Below, piece by piece: positions 8,708-17,280 of a DNA stretch of 32,000 bases; positions within the stretch are counted from its first letter, which is position 1; each line of letters begins with the position of its first letter. This DNA comes from Halogeometricum borinquense DSM 11551 (GTDB lineage: Archaea > Halobacteriota > Halobacteria > Halobacteriales > Haloferacaceae). The stretch is taken from NCBI RefSeq assembly GCF_000172995.2, contig NC_014729.1, positions 2,400,001 to 2,432,000 on the forward strand, read 5' to 3'. Below the pieces are notes generated by a model. That model did no database searches, was not told where the DNA came from, and saw only the letters and a program-made list of their open reading frames with translations. Position numbers and translations under genes: made by a program.

Positions 8708-9505
8708 ATGAAGTACAGCGGTTGGCCTGACAGCGGTGAACTCGTCGTCGGAAAAGTCGACGAGATAACCGACTTCGGGGTCTTCGTCGACCTCGAAGAG
8801 TACGAAGACACGCGCGGCCTCTGCCATATCAGCGAGGTCGCCAGCGGCTGGATCAAGAACGTCCGCGACCACGTCCGCGAGGGACAGACGGTCGTCGCCA
8901 AAGTGCTTGACGTCGATACGGGGTCACAGCAGATCGACCTCTCGATCAAAGACGTCAACGAGCACCAGCGCAAAGAGAAGATTCAGGAGTGGAAAAACGA
9001 GCAGAAGGCCGACAAGTGGATGAGTCTCGCGTTCGGTGAGGACGTCACCGACGACGAGTACAGCGAGATTGCGAACGCAGTACTCGCCGAGTACGAGACG
9101 CTCTACGACGGCTTCGAACAGGCCGCAATCCACGGTGTGTCGGCCCTCGAAGACGTAGACCTCGACGAAGACGAGGTCGAAGCCATCGTCGATACCGCCC
9201 GGCAGAACGTGTCGGTCCCGTACGTCAACGTCACGGGATACATCGACATTCGCTGTCCGACTGGCGACGGTGTCGATGACATCAAAGAGGCGCTGAAAGC
9301 CGCCGAAGGCGACGACGTGCCCGAAGAGATTCAGCTCGAAGTCACCTACGTCGGTGCGCCCGAGTACCGCATCAAGGTTCGCGCGCCCGACTACAAGACG
9401 GCCGAGACGGCTCTCGAAGACGCCGCGGCCCGCGCCAAAGAGGTCATCGAGTCCCGAGGTGGCACCGGTGAGTTCCACCGCGAGCGTCACGAAGACGACG
9501 AATAG
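8708..9505 (+). CDS. eif2a: translation initiation factor 2 subunit alpha (aIF2-alpha)
   Basis: 265 aa with an N-terminal S1 domain ([23 protein letters not shown]...[15 protein letters not shown]). Conserved position after rps27e. Confidence 0.95.
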   Translation: MKYSGWPDSGELVVGKVDEITDFGVFVDLEEYEDTRGLCHISEVASGWIKNVRDHVREGQTVVAKVLDVDTGSQQIDLSIKDVNEHQRKEKIQEWKNEQKADKWMSLAFGEDVTDDEYSEIANAVLAEYETLYDGFEQAAIHGVSALEDVDLDEDEVEAIVDTARQNVSVPYVNVTGYIDIRCPTGDGVDDIKEALKAAEGDDVPEEIQLEVTYVGAPEYRIKVRAPDYKTAETALEDAAARAKEVIESRGGTGEFHRERHEDDE

Positions 9506-9509
9506 GACC

Positions 9510-9692
9510 GTGAAATCCGATATTCGGGTCTGTGATGCGTGGCAAAACGCGCACGAACGGCCCGTTTACACGCTTTCTGACACCTGTCCCGAGTGCGGTG
9601 CGGACGCAGTCAACAGCGCGCCAGCCCCGTTCAATCCGGAGGATCCGTACGGGGAGTACCGACGCGCTCTTAAACGCCGCGTCCGCGAATAG
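9510..9692 (+). CDS. nop10: H/ACA RNP protein Nop10
   Basis: (V)KSDIRVC...YTLSDTCPECGADAVNSAPAPFNPEDPYGEYRR is the Nop10 zinc ribbon and linker. GTG start 4 nt after the eif2a stop. The track ORF 9354..9692 is over-extended. Confidence 0.85.
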   Translation: MKSDIRVCDAWQNAHERPVYTLSDTCPECGADAVNSAPAPFNPEDPYGEYRRALKRRVRE

Positions 9693-9696
9693 GGGC

Positions 9697-10452
9697 ATGG
9701 AAGACATCGAAGTGGAGACACTCGCGGACCCAGACCTTCGTGATCCGGTCCTCGTTGAGGGCCTGCCGGGCGTCGGCCACGTCGGTAAACTCGCCGTCGA
9801 ACATCTCCTCGAAGAGCTTGACAGCGAACCCGTCAGATACATTTACGCTGACGAATTCCCACCGCAAGTGACGCTGAACGACGACAGCGTCGCCCAGTTG
9901 GCTCGTGCGGAGTTCCACGCTGTTGACGCGGGCGACCGCGACTTGCTCGTCCTCACTGGCGATCATCAGGCACAGACGAACAGCGGTCACTACCACCTCA
10001 CGGACGCGTTCCTCGATATCGCCGAGGAGTTCGGCGTCGAAGAGGGGTACGCGCTCGGTGGCGTCCCAACTGGTGAACTCGTAGACGAACCGTCCGTTCT
10101 CGGTGCCGTCACCGACGAAGACGACGTCGAACGGCTCGAAGCCGTCGATGTGGAGTTCCGCGAAGACGAACCCGCGGGCGGCATCGTCGGCGTCAGCGGC
10201 CTGCTCCTCGGACTCGGTGAACGGCGCGGCCTTTCGGTGGCGTGTCTGATGGGCGAGACGAGCGGATACCTGGTTGATCCTCAGAGCGCACAGGTCGTTC
10301 TCGAAGTGTTGCAGGACGTAATCGACTTCGAGGTCGGCTTCGAGTCCTTAGAGGAACGAGCCGAGGAGATGAAAGAAGTCGTCGGCAAGATTCAGGAGAT
10401 GCAGAGCCAACAGCAGGGAATGAACGACGACGACCTGCGGTACATCGGATAG
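9697..10452 (+). CDS. PAC2-family (proteasome assembly chaperone-like) protein
   Basis: MEDIEV...LVEGLPGVGHVGKLAVEHL motif, in the conserved position after nop10 in archaea. Start ATG 9697 rather than 9532. Confidence 0.8.
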   Translation: MEDIEVETLADPDLRDPVLVEGLPGVGHVGKLAVEHLLEELDSEPVRYIYADEFPPQVTLNDDSVAQLARAEFHAVDAGDRDLLVLTGDHQAQTNSGHYHLTDAFLDIAEEFGVEEGYALGGVPTGELVDEPSVLGAVTDEDDVERLEAVDVEFREDEPAGGIVGVSGLLLGLGERRGLSVACLMGETSGYLVDPQSAQVVLEVLQDVIDFEVGFESLEERAEEMKEVVGKIQEMQSQQQGMNDDDLRYIG

Positions 10453-10457
10453 CGGCC

Positions 10458-10778
10458 TCAGATCGAGTCGAATCGGTGTGCGAGTTCGAGACTACGGGTG
10501 ACGACATCGGGCGCGACGACGAGTCGAACCGTGCCGTCGTCGTGTTCGATAAGATTCGCCTGTTCGAGTTTCGGGAGGTGAACGTGGACCAGATTCAGTC
10601 GCATCTGTGCGCGCGTGTGACTCCCGAACGTATCGTCGTCTGCGAGTCTCGAAACGAGCGTCTCGAACGCAATCTCGTTAGCGTCGGATGAAGAAGAGCA
10701 CAGATAGTAGAGGAGGCGACGCCGTACGACGTCGGCGAACGCGACAAAGCGGCCGTCCACGTCGGAGTCTCGCGTCAC
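10458..10778 (-). CDS. winged-helix transcription regulator-like protein (haloarchaeal DUF7344-like)
   Basis: 106 aa. The RRRLLYYL...LVHVHLPKLEQANLIEHD pattern is typical of the haloarchaeal ArsR-like wHTH family (from memory). GTG start, with no in-frame ATG nearby. Confidence 0.6.
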   Translation of the reverse strand: MTRDSDVDGRFVAFADVVRRRLLYYLCSSSSDANEIAFETLVSRLADDDTFGSHTRAQMRLNLVHVHLPKLEQANLIEHDDGTVRLVVAPDVVTRSLELAHRFDSI

Positions 10779-10800
10779 TAGATAGTTAACATACTCCCAG

Positions 10801-10824
10801 ATATAATATGTTTTTATATTATAT
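10801..10824. repeat. perfect 9-bp inverted repeat ATATAATAT-GTTTTT-ATATTATAT
   Basis: Read directly from the sequence. Lies in a 63-bp very AT-rich spacer, and the left arm sits about 27 nt upstream of the regulator start at 10778. Confidence 0.9.
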
Positions 10825-10841
10825 TTCCAACCACATTGTTG

Positions 10842-11741
10842 TCAGGCCTCTAGGATGTCATCATCCGGGGCAGGTGGGACCGAGAGCGATCCATCGAGCG
10901 CAGTGACCGCAAACCCGCCAACTCGAACCTCGGTACCGACGCGAACGTGAACTCTTCCCGGCCGGTCGAGAAAGTGTCCTTGCTCGAACACCATCTTCTC
11001 GGGAAGTTCACCGTCGAACGCATCAACGTGCCGAAGATACGCACCGCAGGCACCGCTGGCCGTTCCAGTTACTGGATCTTCCGGGATGCCGATGCCGGGT
11101 GCAAACATTCGCGCGTGAAGCGTCGTGTCGGCCTCAAGCGCGTCGAACGTGAAGACGTACAGTCCGGCAACGTCGTACTCGTCGGTGAGTTTCTCGACAG
11201 CAGTGAAGTCCGGATCAGCGTTGCCGAGATGTTCGAGGAAGTTCACGGGGACGACGAGGAACGGAAGACCAGTGGAAGCGACCGCGGGCGGAACTGCCTC
11301 GCCGACATCGCGGAACGCCGCGGGGTCGATACCGAGGGCTTCGCCGAGTCGGGCGTAATCGAGATCGACGGATTCGACGGTGGGGGACTCCTGTGTCATC
11401 CAGACGATTCCGTCGGCTTCGACTTCGACATCGAGGACGCCGACGTTCGTCTCGACGGTGTGGGTTCCCGCATCGATGACGCCGTCCCGGTAGAGATGAG
11501 CGTGCGTGGCGATGGTGGCGTGCCCGCAGAGGTCAATTTCGCGGGTCGGCGTAAAGAATCGGAGACGCCGGTCTGCGCTCCCCGACGATTGGACGAACGC
11601 CGTTTCGCTAACAGCGAGTTCACTGGCGACGCTCTGCATCTGCGACTCGGTCAGATCACCGTCGGGGACGACTCCGGCGGCGTTACCCGAGAGCGGTTCC
11701 GTCGCAAACGCGTCGACGAGGAGCGTACGGCGGGTTTGCAT
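10842..11741 (-). CDS. PhzF-family isomerase-like protein
   Basis: 299 aa. VDAFATEPLSGNAAGVV and the two-domain layout with GHATIA and VTGTASGA are typical of PhzF/YddE. Start ATG 11741 (MQTRRTLLV) rather than 11825. Confidence 0.85.
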   Translation of the reverse strand: MQTRRTLLVDAFATEPLSGNAAGVVPDGDLTESQMQSVASELAVSETAFVQSSGSADRRLRFFTPTREIDLCGHATIATHAHLYRDGVIDAGTHTVETNVGVLDVEVEADGIVWMTQESPTVESVDLDYARLGEALGIDPAAFRDVGEAVPPAVASTGLPFLVVPVNFLEHLGNADPDFTAVEKLTDEYDVAGLYVFTFDALEADTTLHARMFAPGIGIPEDPVTGTASGACGAYLRHVDAFDGELPEKMVFEQGHFLDRPGRVHVRVGTEVRVGGFAVTALDGSLSVPPAPDDDILEA

Positions 11742-11793
11742 ACACCTCTCGACGGTTCTCTCAGGTAAGAATCCCGGCGGTTCGTCGGGACGG

Positions 11794-11949
11794 TTATTCC
11801 GTAGCGACGCCGGGCCGTGACGCACCGCCGTTCATTACTTCGCGCATGTTCATGCACGAGGGACAACCGAACACTTCGTCGTCGCTATCGCCGAAGACGC
11901 GCACGAAATCGCGGGTTACGAACTCACCACAGTTGTTGCATGTGTACAT
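11794..11949 (-). CDS. small CPxC-type zinc-finger protein (51 aa), not in the supplied ORF track
   Basis: My translation is MYTCNNCGEFVTRDFVRVFGDSDDEVFGCPSCMNMREVMNGGASRPGVATE*. It has two C-x2-C pairs, GC-rich third positions, an ATG start and a TAA stop. Confidence 0.65.
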   Translation of the reverse strand: MYTCNNCGEFVTRDFVRVFGDSDDEVFGCPSCMNMREVMNGGASRPGVATE

Positions 11950-12119
11950 CTGCTATTTCTCCCCTGTTATATGTTGCCATACATCATGGTTATATAAAAT
12001 TATGCGCTAGATAGCAGACGATTATGCAGACTGAAACATGTGGCAAGTTGACGGTCACGCAACGATACGGACACGTTAAAGAGGACTACATCCCGTTCAT
12101 GTAGTGGTGAACGAAGCCT

Positions 12120-12833
12120 ATGGGCGACCTCCCCGACGAGTTTAACTGTACCATCACGAACTGGGAGTACATCTACGGGCGGTGCCGCGACGTGAGTGAT
12201 CAGGTGAAAGGCGCCGAGTTCGACCCCGATGTGGTCGTCGCCCTCGCGCGCGGCGGTTGGTTTGCCGGGCGGTGCATCTGTGACTTCCTCGGGTTAGACG
12301 ACCTGACGAGTCTGAAGATGGAACACTACGTGGGAACGGCACAGAAGTCCGGCGAACCCGAAGTTCGCTACCCGATGCCCGAAGGAAGCGTCGAAGGCAA
12401 AGACGTACTCATTATCGACGACATCGCCGACACGGGTGGCTCTATCGAACGTGCGTACGAGTACGTGACCGAACGCGACGCGGGCGAAGTCAGAACCGCG
12501 ACACTCCAACTGTTGCAGACGAGCGAGTTCGAACCGGACTTCGTCGGTGAGCGACTCGAAGAGTGGACGTGGGTCGTCTACCCGTGGAACTTCATCGAAG
12601 ACATGATTGACCTCACGACGGGCGTCATGGAGAAAGCCGACCAAGCGACGTTCGACGTTGAGGACATCCGTCACTACCTCGCGGAGTTCCACAACGTGGA
12701 CCGTATCGAGATGGAGATTGCCCAACCGAACCGGATGTCCGAAGTGATGTCGGAGATGGAACGGCGCGGCTTCGTCGAGACGACAGGAGACGGCGAGTGG
12801 CGTCTCGTCGAAAACGAAGGCGTCGGCGCGTAA
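12120..12833 (+). CDS. phosphoribosyltransferase-family protein with C-terminal wHTH-like extension
   Basis: PRPP-binding loop VLIIDDIADTGGS, plus a purine-PRTase-like N-terminal region. About 70 extra C-terminal residues end in MSEMERRGFVETTGDGEWRLVE. Confidence 0.8.
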   Translation: MGDLPDEFNCTITNWEYIYGRCRDVSDQVKGAEFDPDVVVALARGGWFAGRCICDFLGLDDLTSLKMEHYVGTAQKSGEPEVRYPMPEGSVEGKDVLIIDDIADTGGSIERAYEYVTERDAGEVRTATLQLLQTSEFEPDFVGERLEEWTWVVYPWNFIEDMIDLTTGVMEKADQATFDVEDIRHYLAEFHNVDRIEMEIAQPNRMSEVMSEMERRGFVETTGDGEWRLVENEGVGA

Positions 12834-12842
12834 CTCGAACAC

Positions 12843-13487
12843 GTGACCGGCCCGAACTCGAACGCCGACCCTGAACCCGACCGGATTGACGCCCTCTTCG
12901 ACGCCTACGCGCTGAAGGACGAGCGCCGAACCGGGTGGCAACTCCGCGAGGTGTCCGACCCAGAATCCGTCGCGTCCCACTCGTGGGGTGTCGCGTATCT
13001 CTGCCTCTGTTTCGCGGACGACGTGCCGGACGTTGACCCCGACGAAGCACTCCGTCTCGCTGTCCTCCACGACGTGGCGGAGGCACGAACGGGGGACAAA
13101 CCAACTCGGGCAGACCCCGACGCCGAGACAGTGGACCCCGACGAGAAAGAGCAACGCGAGCGCGCCGCCGTCTCCGAACTCCTCGCGCCGTTCGATGCCC
13201 ACCTGCGAGACGACTGGGAAGCATACGAGTCGCGGGGCACGCCCACCGCACAGTTCGTGAAGGACATGGACCTCGTGGACATGTGCCTACAGGCGGTGAT
13301 TTACGAGCGGGAAGCGCGATACGATCCCGACACAGACAACCCGAATTTCGAGGCGTACGGGCGTCTCGACGAATTCTTTGCGACCGCCGAACCGCGCCTC
13401 CGGACCGACCTGGGGCGAAGACTCTTCGAGGCCCTGCAACGCCGATACGAGACGGCAAAGCGGGAACGCGACGACGCATCGGAGTGA
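12843..13487 (+). CDS. HD-domain phosphohydrolase (YfbR-like 5'-deoxynucleotidase family)
   Basis: RTGW...ESVASHSW...LHDVAEARTGD...KDMD motifs. GTG start 9 nt after the PRTase stop. Confidence 0.8.
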   Translation: MTGPNSNADPEPDRIDALFDAYALKDERRTGWQLREVSDPESVASHSWGVAYLCLCFADDVPDVDPDEALRLAVLHDVAEARTGDKPTRADPDAETVDPDEKEQRERAAVSELLAPFDAHLRDDWEAYESRGTPTAQFVKDMDLVDMCLQAVIYEREARYDPDTDNPNFEAYGRLDEFFATAEPRLRTDLGRRLFEALQRRYETAKRERDDASE

Positions 13488-13544
13488 GGCGGTAAGCGAC
13501 GCCGTCTCCGAAGCGTTTGAGATGGTTCCCGAGAAGGCCAGAAC

Positions 13545-14501
13545 GTGGAATCGCTATTCTCGATCTTCGCAACCGCTATCCTGCCGATACTCGTCGTCGG
13601 GGCCGTCGGGTTCGTTCTCGGTCGCGCCAAAGATATCGATACCGACCCACTGAACACCGTCGTCGTCTATATCCTCGCGCCCGCACTCGTCTTTCACAGT
13701 CTCGCCACGACAACGTTGGCTGAATCGACCTTAGTTCAAGTTGCCGGTGCAGTCACCGTCTACCACCTCGTGATGATTGTCGTCGCAGAGGGGGTTGGCC
13801 GCGCCTTCAGCGAGCGCGACCCGCTGTTGAGCGCGCTCGTTCTCGTCTCGGCGTTCCCGAACTCGGGAAACTACGGCGTCCCGGTTTCGAACTTCGCCTT
13901 CGGAGAAACCGGACGCGCGACGGCCGTCCTCTTTCTGTCAGTGCAGGGCGTCCTTATCTACACGGTAGGCGTCTACATCGCCTCACGCGGCGGCGGCGCG
14001 AGCGGTCTCGCCGGCTTGAAGGAGGTGTTCCGAATCCCGCTCGTCTACGCCGTCATCGCTGCCCTCCTCGCACGGGGACTGGGCATCGTTCCGCCCGCCG
14101 ACGCAACGTCGATGGCGACGCTCAAACTGGTCGGAGACGCCTCGATTCCGGTGATGCTCATCATTCTCGGCATCCAACTCGCCCGAACCGACGTGGGTGC
14201 GACGCTGCGGACCGTCGGCGTCGTGACGACGCTGAAGATGATCGTCGCACCCGTCATCGGCGTCGGCGTCGCCCTCGTCGTTGGATTTTCCGACCCCGCC
14301 GTCGCCAAGACGTTCGTCCTCGAATCGGCGATGCCCGCGGCGGTCACCCCACTGATTCTCGTGGCCGAGTTCGCCGAAGGGAAAGTAGCCGGAGTCCCGG
14401 TCGCAGAGTTCGTCTCGACAGCCGTCTTCGTCACGACGCTGGTTAGTATTCCCATTCTCACGGCAGTCATCGCCATCTTGGAGTCCGGATTGCTGTTCTG
14501 A
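13545..14501 (+). CDS. AEC (auxin efflux carrier) family transporter
   Basis: 318 aa, about 10 TM segments, with an N-terminus and repeat architecture typical of AEC permeases. GTG start. Confidence 0.8.
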   Translation: MESLFSIFATAILPILVVGAVGFVLGRAKDIDTDPLNTVVVYILAPALVFHSLATTTLAESTLVQVAGAVTVYHLVMIVVAEGVGRAFSERDPLLSALVLVSAFPNSGNYGVPVSNFAFGETGRATAVLFLSVQGVLIYTVGVYIASRGGGASGLAGLKEVFRIPLVYAVIAALLARGLGIVPPADATSMATLKLVGDASIPVMLIILGIQLARTDVGATLRTVGVVTTLKMIVAPVIGVGVALVVGFSDPAVAKTFVLESAMPAAVTPLILVAEFAEGKVAGVPVAEFVSTAVFVTTLVSIPILTAVIAILESGLLF

Positions 14502-14564
14502 CTGGCCGCTGGGTGGGAGCGACTGCGACGAACCCGCCCGAACGCTGCGAAGCGGACTCGCCAC

Positions 14565-14572
14565 GTTTTACC
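14565..14572 (+). promoter_or_regulatory. TATA-like element (GTTTTACC) upstream of MTA phosphorylase
   Basis: Centred about 27 nt before ATG 14595. Confidence 0.4.
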
Positions 14573-14594
14573 TGCTATCTCTACAAGGACGAGT

Positions 14595-15455
14595 ATGACC
14601 ATCGGATTCATCGGTGGCAGCGGCATCTACGACGCCCTGCCGCTACAGGACACGCGCACCGTCGAAGTCGAAACACCGTACGGAAACCCGTCAGCACCAC
14701 CGACAGTCGGGGAGTTCGGAGATACCGGTCGGGAAGTTGTCTTCGTCCCGCGTCACGGACCCGACCACCAGCGCTCACCGACGGCAATACCGTACTGTGC
14801 GAACATCTTTGCGCTGAAAGAACTGGGCGTCACGCACGTCCTCGCCTCCAACGCCGTCGGCAGTCTACGCGAGGAGTTACCGCCACAGACGCTGGTGATT
14901 CCGGACCAGATTTTCGACCGGACGAAACACCGCGATTCGACGTTCTTCGACGAGGACATCGTCGTTCATCAACCGTTCGCCGAACCCTACTGTACCGAAC
15001 TGAACGAGATTCTCACGGAGGCCGCCGAGGAAGCGACGGACGCGAAAGTTGTCCGCGGCGGAACGTACGTCTGCATCGAGGGACCGCAGTACTCGACGCG
15101 TGCGGAGAGTGAGTTCTACCGCGAACAGGGCTGGGACATCATCGGCATGACAACGATACCCGAAGCGAAACTCGCCCGCGAAGCCGAGATGGCGTACGCG
15201 ACGGTCACGGGCGTGACCGACTACGACGTGTGGAAAGAAGACAGCGAAGTCACCCTCGAAGAGGTGCTGAAGAACGCCGAGAAGAACGAGACGGCCATCA
15301 AAGAGACGGTGGAGGCCGCAATCGAGGCCATCCCTGAAGATCACGACTGTTCCTGTCACTCGGCACTGGATGGAACGATTAACACGCCCGACGACGCCAT
15401 CCCCGAGGACGTAAAATCCGATCTCGAACCGCTCATCGGCCGGTACGTCGAGTAA
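14595..15455 (+). CDS. mtnP: S-methyl-5'-thioadenosine phosphorylase (PNP family)
   Basis: IGFIGGSGIY, FVPRHG, GMTTIPEAKLAREAE and the overall MTAP/PNP-II layout. Confidence 0.85.
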   Translation: MTIGFIGGSGIYDALPLQDTRTVEVETPYGNPSAPPTVGEFGDTGREVVFVPRHGPDHQRSPTAIPYCANIFALKELGVTHVLASNAVGSLREELPPQTLVIPDQIFDRTKHRDSTFFDEDIVVHQPFAEPYCTELNEILTEAAEEATDAKVVRGGTYVCIEGPQYSTRAESEFYREQGWDIIGMTTIPEAKLAREAEMAYATVTGVTDYDVWKEDSEVTLEEVLKNAEKNETAIKETVEAAIEAIPEDHDCSCHSALDGTINTPDDAIPEDVKSDLEPLIGRYVE

Positions 15456-15490
15456 CCCGCCGCCACGGCACTTCTAGTCGGACCGAAATA

Positions 15491-15498
15491 GCTTTACC
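15491..15498 (+). promoter_or_regulatory. TATA-like element (GCTTTACC) upstream of the substrate-binding protein
   Basis: Centred about 28 nt before ATG 15523. The nearby GTTTAGGCC is an alternative TATA candidate. Confidence 0.3.
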
Positions 15499-15502
15499 AG
15501 TG

Positions 15503-15518
15503 TTTAGGCCTACCTAAA
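15503..15518. repeat. palindrome TTTAGG-CCTA-CCTAAA between putative TATA and start codon
   Basis: Read directly from the sequence. Six-bp arms with a 4-nt spacer, ending 4 nt before ATG 15523. Confidence 0.8.
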
Positions 15519-15522
15519 ACAG

Positions 15523-16758
15523 ATGGCCAAAACACCCACGCGGAGGATGTACCTCAAGCGAACCGGCGCGCTGATCGGTGCAGGAGTAGTCGCCGGTTGC
15601 TCGGGCGACGGCGACAGTTCAGCGGCGACGACGGAATCGACCGAGGCGCATCCGGAGACGACAACCGAAACGGAAACGACGCCGGAAGAATCGGAGACAG
15701 CCGCCTCGCCGTACACGGTCTCTATGAAACCGATGGGTGAGGTGACGCTCGATGCCGTCCCCGAGAACGTCTTCACTGTCTACCCGCAGTACGCCGACAT
15801 GGCTGTCGCACTCGGACACGGCGACGCTCTCAACTCCGTCTACGTGCCGGAGATGTCCGGTACGACGATGAACCAGTACTATCACCATCTCGACGGCGTC
15901 TCCTTCGAGTGGCAGAACCTCACTGATCCCTTGTCCGACGGCCTGCACAAAGAGCAACTGCTCGAACTCGACAGCGACGTTCACCTTGCCGACCCCGCGT
16001 GGGTTTCCACACAGGATACCTGGGACGCCGGCGACGTGGCCGAAATCGAATCACAGGTCGCGCCGTGGTTTGGCAACTTCTACAGCGGAACGCACGCTGA
16101 GGCGCCCGACGGATACGACGACTACGGCTACTACACGCTCTGGGAACTGTTCGGCCACGTCGCCGACGTATTCCAAGAACGGACACGCTACGAAGCCCTG
16201 AACGAGGTCCATCAGAACCTCGTCTCCACGATTCGGTCGAACCTTCCACCGAAGGAGGACCGGCCAAGCGTTATCCGTGCGACGTTCTCCGAGAGCAACG
16301 AAATATTCTGGACGTACCACCTCAACGAACCGGGGTACTGGCTGGCCGACACCCGTCCGCTGGGCGCGAACGACGCGTTTGCCGAGCAAGACTGGGGCGG
16401 CCTCTGGGGAAGCGTGGACTTCGAGGCGGTGGCCGAAGCCGACCCCGACGTGATTCTCCATCTGTGGGGCATGACGCCCAACTACCAGATGTCGGATGTC
16501 CGTGCCGCCTTGGACTCCCACCCTGTCGGAAGCGAACTAACGGCCGTACAGGAGGACCGCGTCTATCCCGCGGGGATGCGCTATCAAGGTCCCATCATGA
16601 ACCTGTTCCAGTTGGAGATGGGCGCAAAACAGCTCTATCCCGACGTGTTCGGGGAGTGGCCCGAGTACACGGACGGCGAGCCGTACCCGGAAATTCCGGA
16701 AGAAGAACAGTTGTTCGACCGGACGAAAGTCGCCGCCGCAGTCAACGGCGAACTCTAA
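15523..16758 (+). CDS. Tat-lipoprotein ABC substrate-binding protein (Fe-siderophore/cobalamin-type PBP family)
   Basis: Twin-arginine motif TRRMYLKR, lipobox VAGC, a Thr/Glu-rich linker, then a periplasmic-binding-protein type-2-like body. No permease or ATPase gene is adjacent. Confidence 0.7.
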   Translation: MAKTPTRRMYLKRTGALIGAGVVAGCSGDGDSSAATTESTEAHPETTTETETTPEESETAASPYTVSMKPMGEVTLDAVPENVFTVYPQYADMAVALGHGDALNSVYVPEMSGTTMNQYYHHLDGVSFEWQNLTDPLSDGLHKEQLLELDSDVHLADPAWVSTQDTWDAGDVAEIESQVAPWFGNFYSGTHAEAPDGYDDYGYYTLWELFGHVADVFQERTRYEALNEVHQNLVSTIRSNLPPKEDRPSVIRATFSESNEIFWTYHLNEPGYWLADTRPLGANDAFAEQDWGGLWGSVDFEAVAEADPDVILHLWGMTPNYQMSDVRAALDSHPVGSELTAVQEDRVYPAGMRYQGPIMNLFQLEMGAKQLYPDVFGEWPEYTDGEPYPEIPEEEQLFDRTKVAAAVNGEL

Positions 16759-16795
16759 GCGCCGCGACAGTCAACGGCAGACCGGAATCCCGCGC

Positions 16796-17275
16796 TCAGT
16801 TGCGCTCGGGTTCGACGACGCGCTCTCCCGCCGCTGTTGATCCACCATCACCGTGTTCGACGGCGTGACAGGACGCACAGTACCAGTTCTCGCCGTCTTC
16901 GGTCGTCGTCAGCGGTATTCCGGCGACGACCAACTGTTCACCGTACCGCCGGCACACGCCGTCGTCGTCAGATCCCTCACAAACCGTACAGGAGGTGACG
17001 TGAGCCGATTGCGCTTCCAGCGTTCTGCGGTAGCCGAACGCAGTCGGCGAGTACGAGACGTAGCCGGCCGCATAGCAGTGAAGCCACAAGATGGGACCAT
17101 ACGTGAGTGCGCCCGCAACTGGTGATTGGGCGAGGAGGAGGCCCGCGAGGGGGGCAAACAGCACCGAGGTGAGAAGCGAGACGGCGACGGTGAGTTTTCG
17201 GAGGTCACTGGAAAGGAGTGTGGACGGCGGCACGGCTCCAAGTACGGGCTGGGTGACAAAAATACTACATGACAA
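16796..17275 (-). CDS. hypothetical membrane protein with C-terminal four-Cys zinc ribbon
   Basis: 159 codons with GC-rich third positions, two or three hydrophobic helices, then CTVC...C...CASC. No in-frame ATG. TTG at 17275 lies 5 nt after the scpA stop, and GTG at 17233 is an alternative start. Confidence 0.5.
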   Translation of the reverse strand: MSCSIFVTQPVLGAVPPSTLLSSDLRKLTVAVSLLTSVLFAPLAGLLLAQSPVAGALTYGPILWLHCYAAGYVSYSPTAFGYRRTLEAQSAHVTSCTVCEGSDDDGVCRRYGEQLVVAGIPLTTTEDGENWYCASCHAVEHGDGGSTAAGERVVEPERN

Positions 17276-17280
17276 CGCGG

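Noticed and set aside
12294-13572. Two ORFs of over 300 aa (12294..13202, 12625..13572) antisense to the PRTase and HD genes.
   Set aside because: Shadow ORFs with extreme Arg/Gly/Pro content. The sense-strand genes carry diagnostic catalytic motifs.
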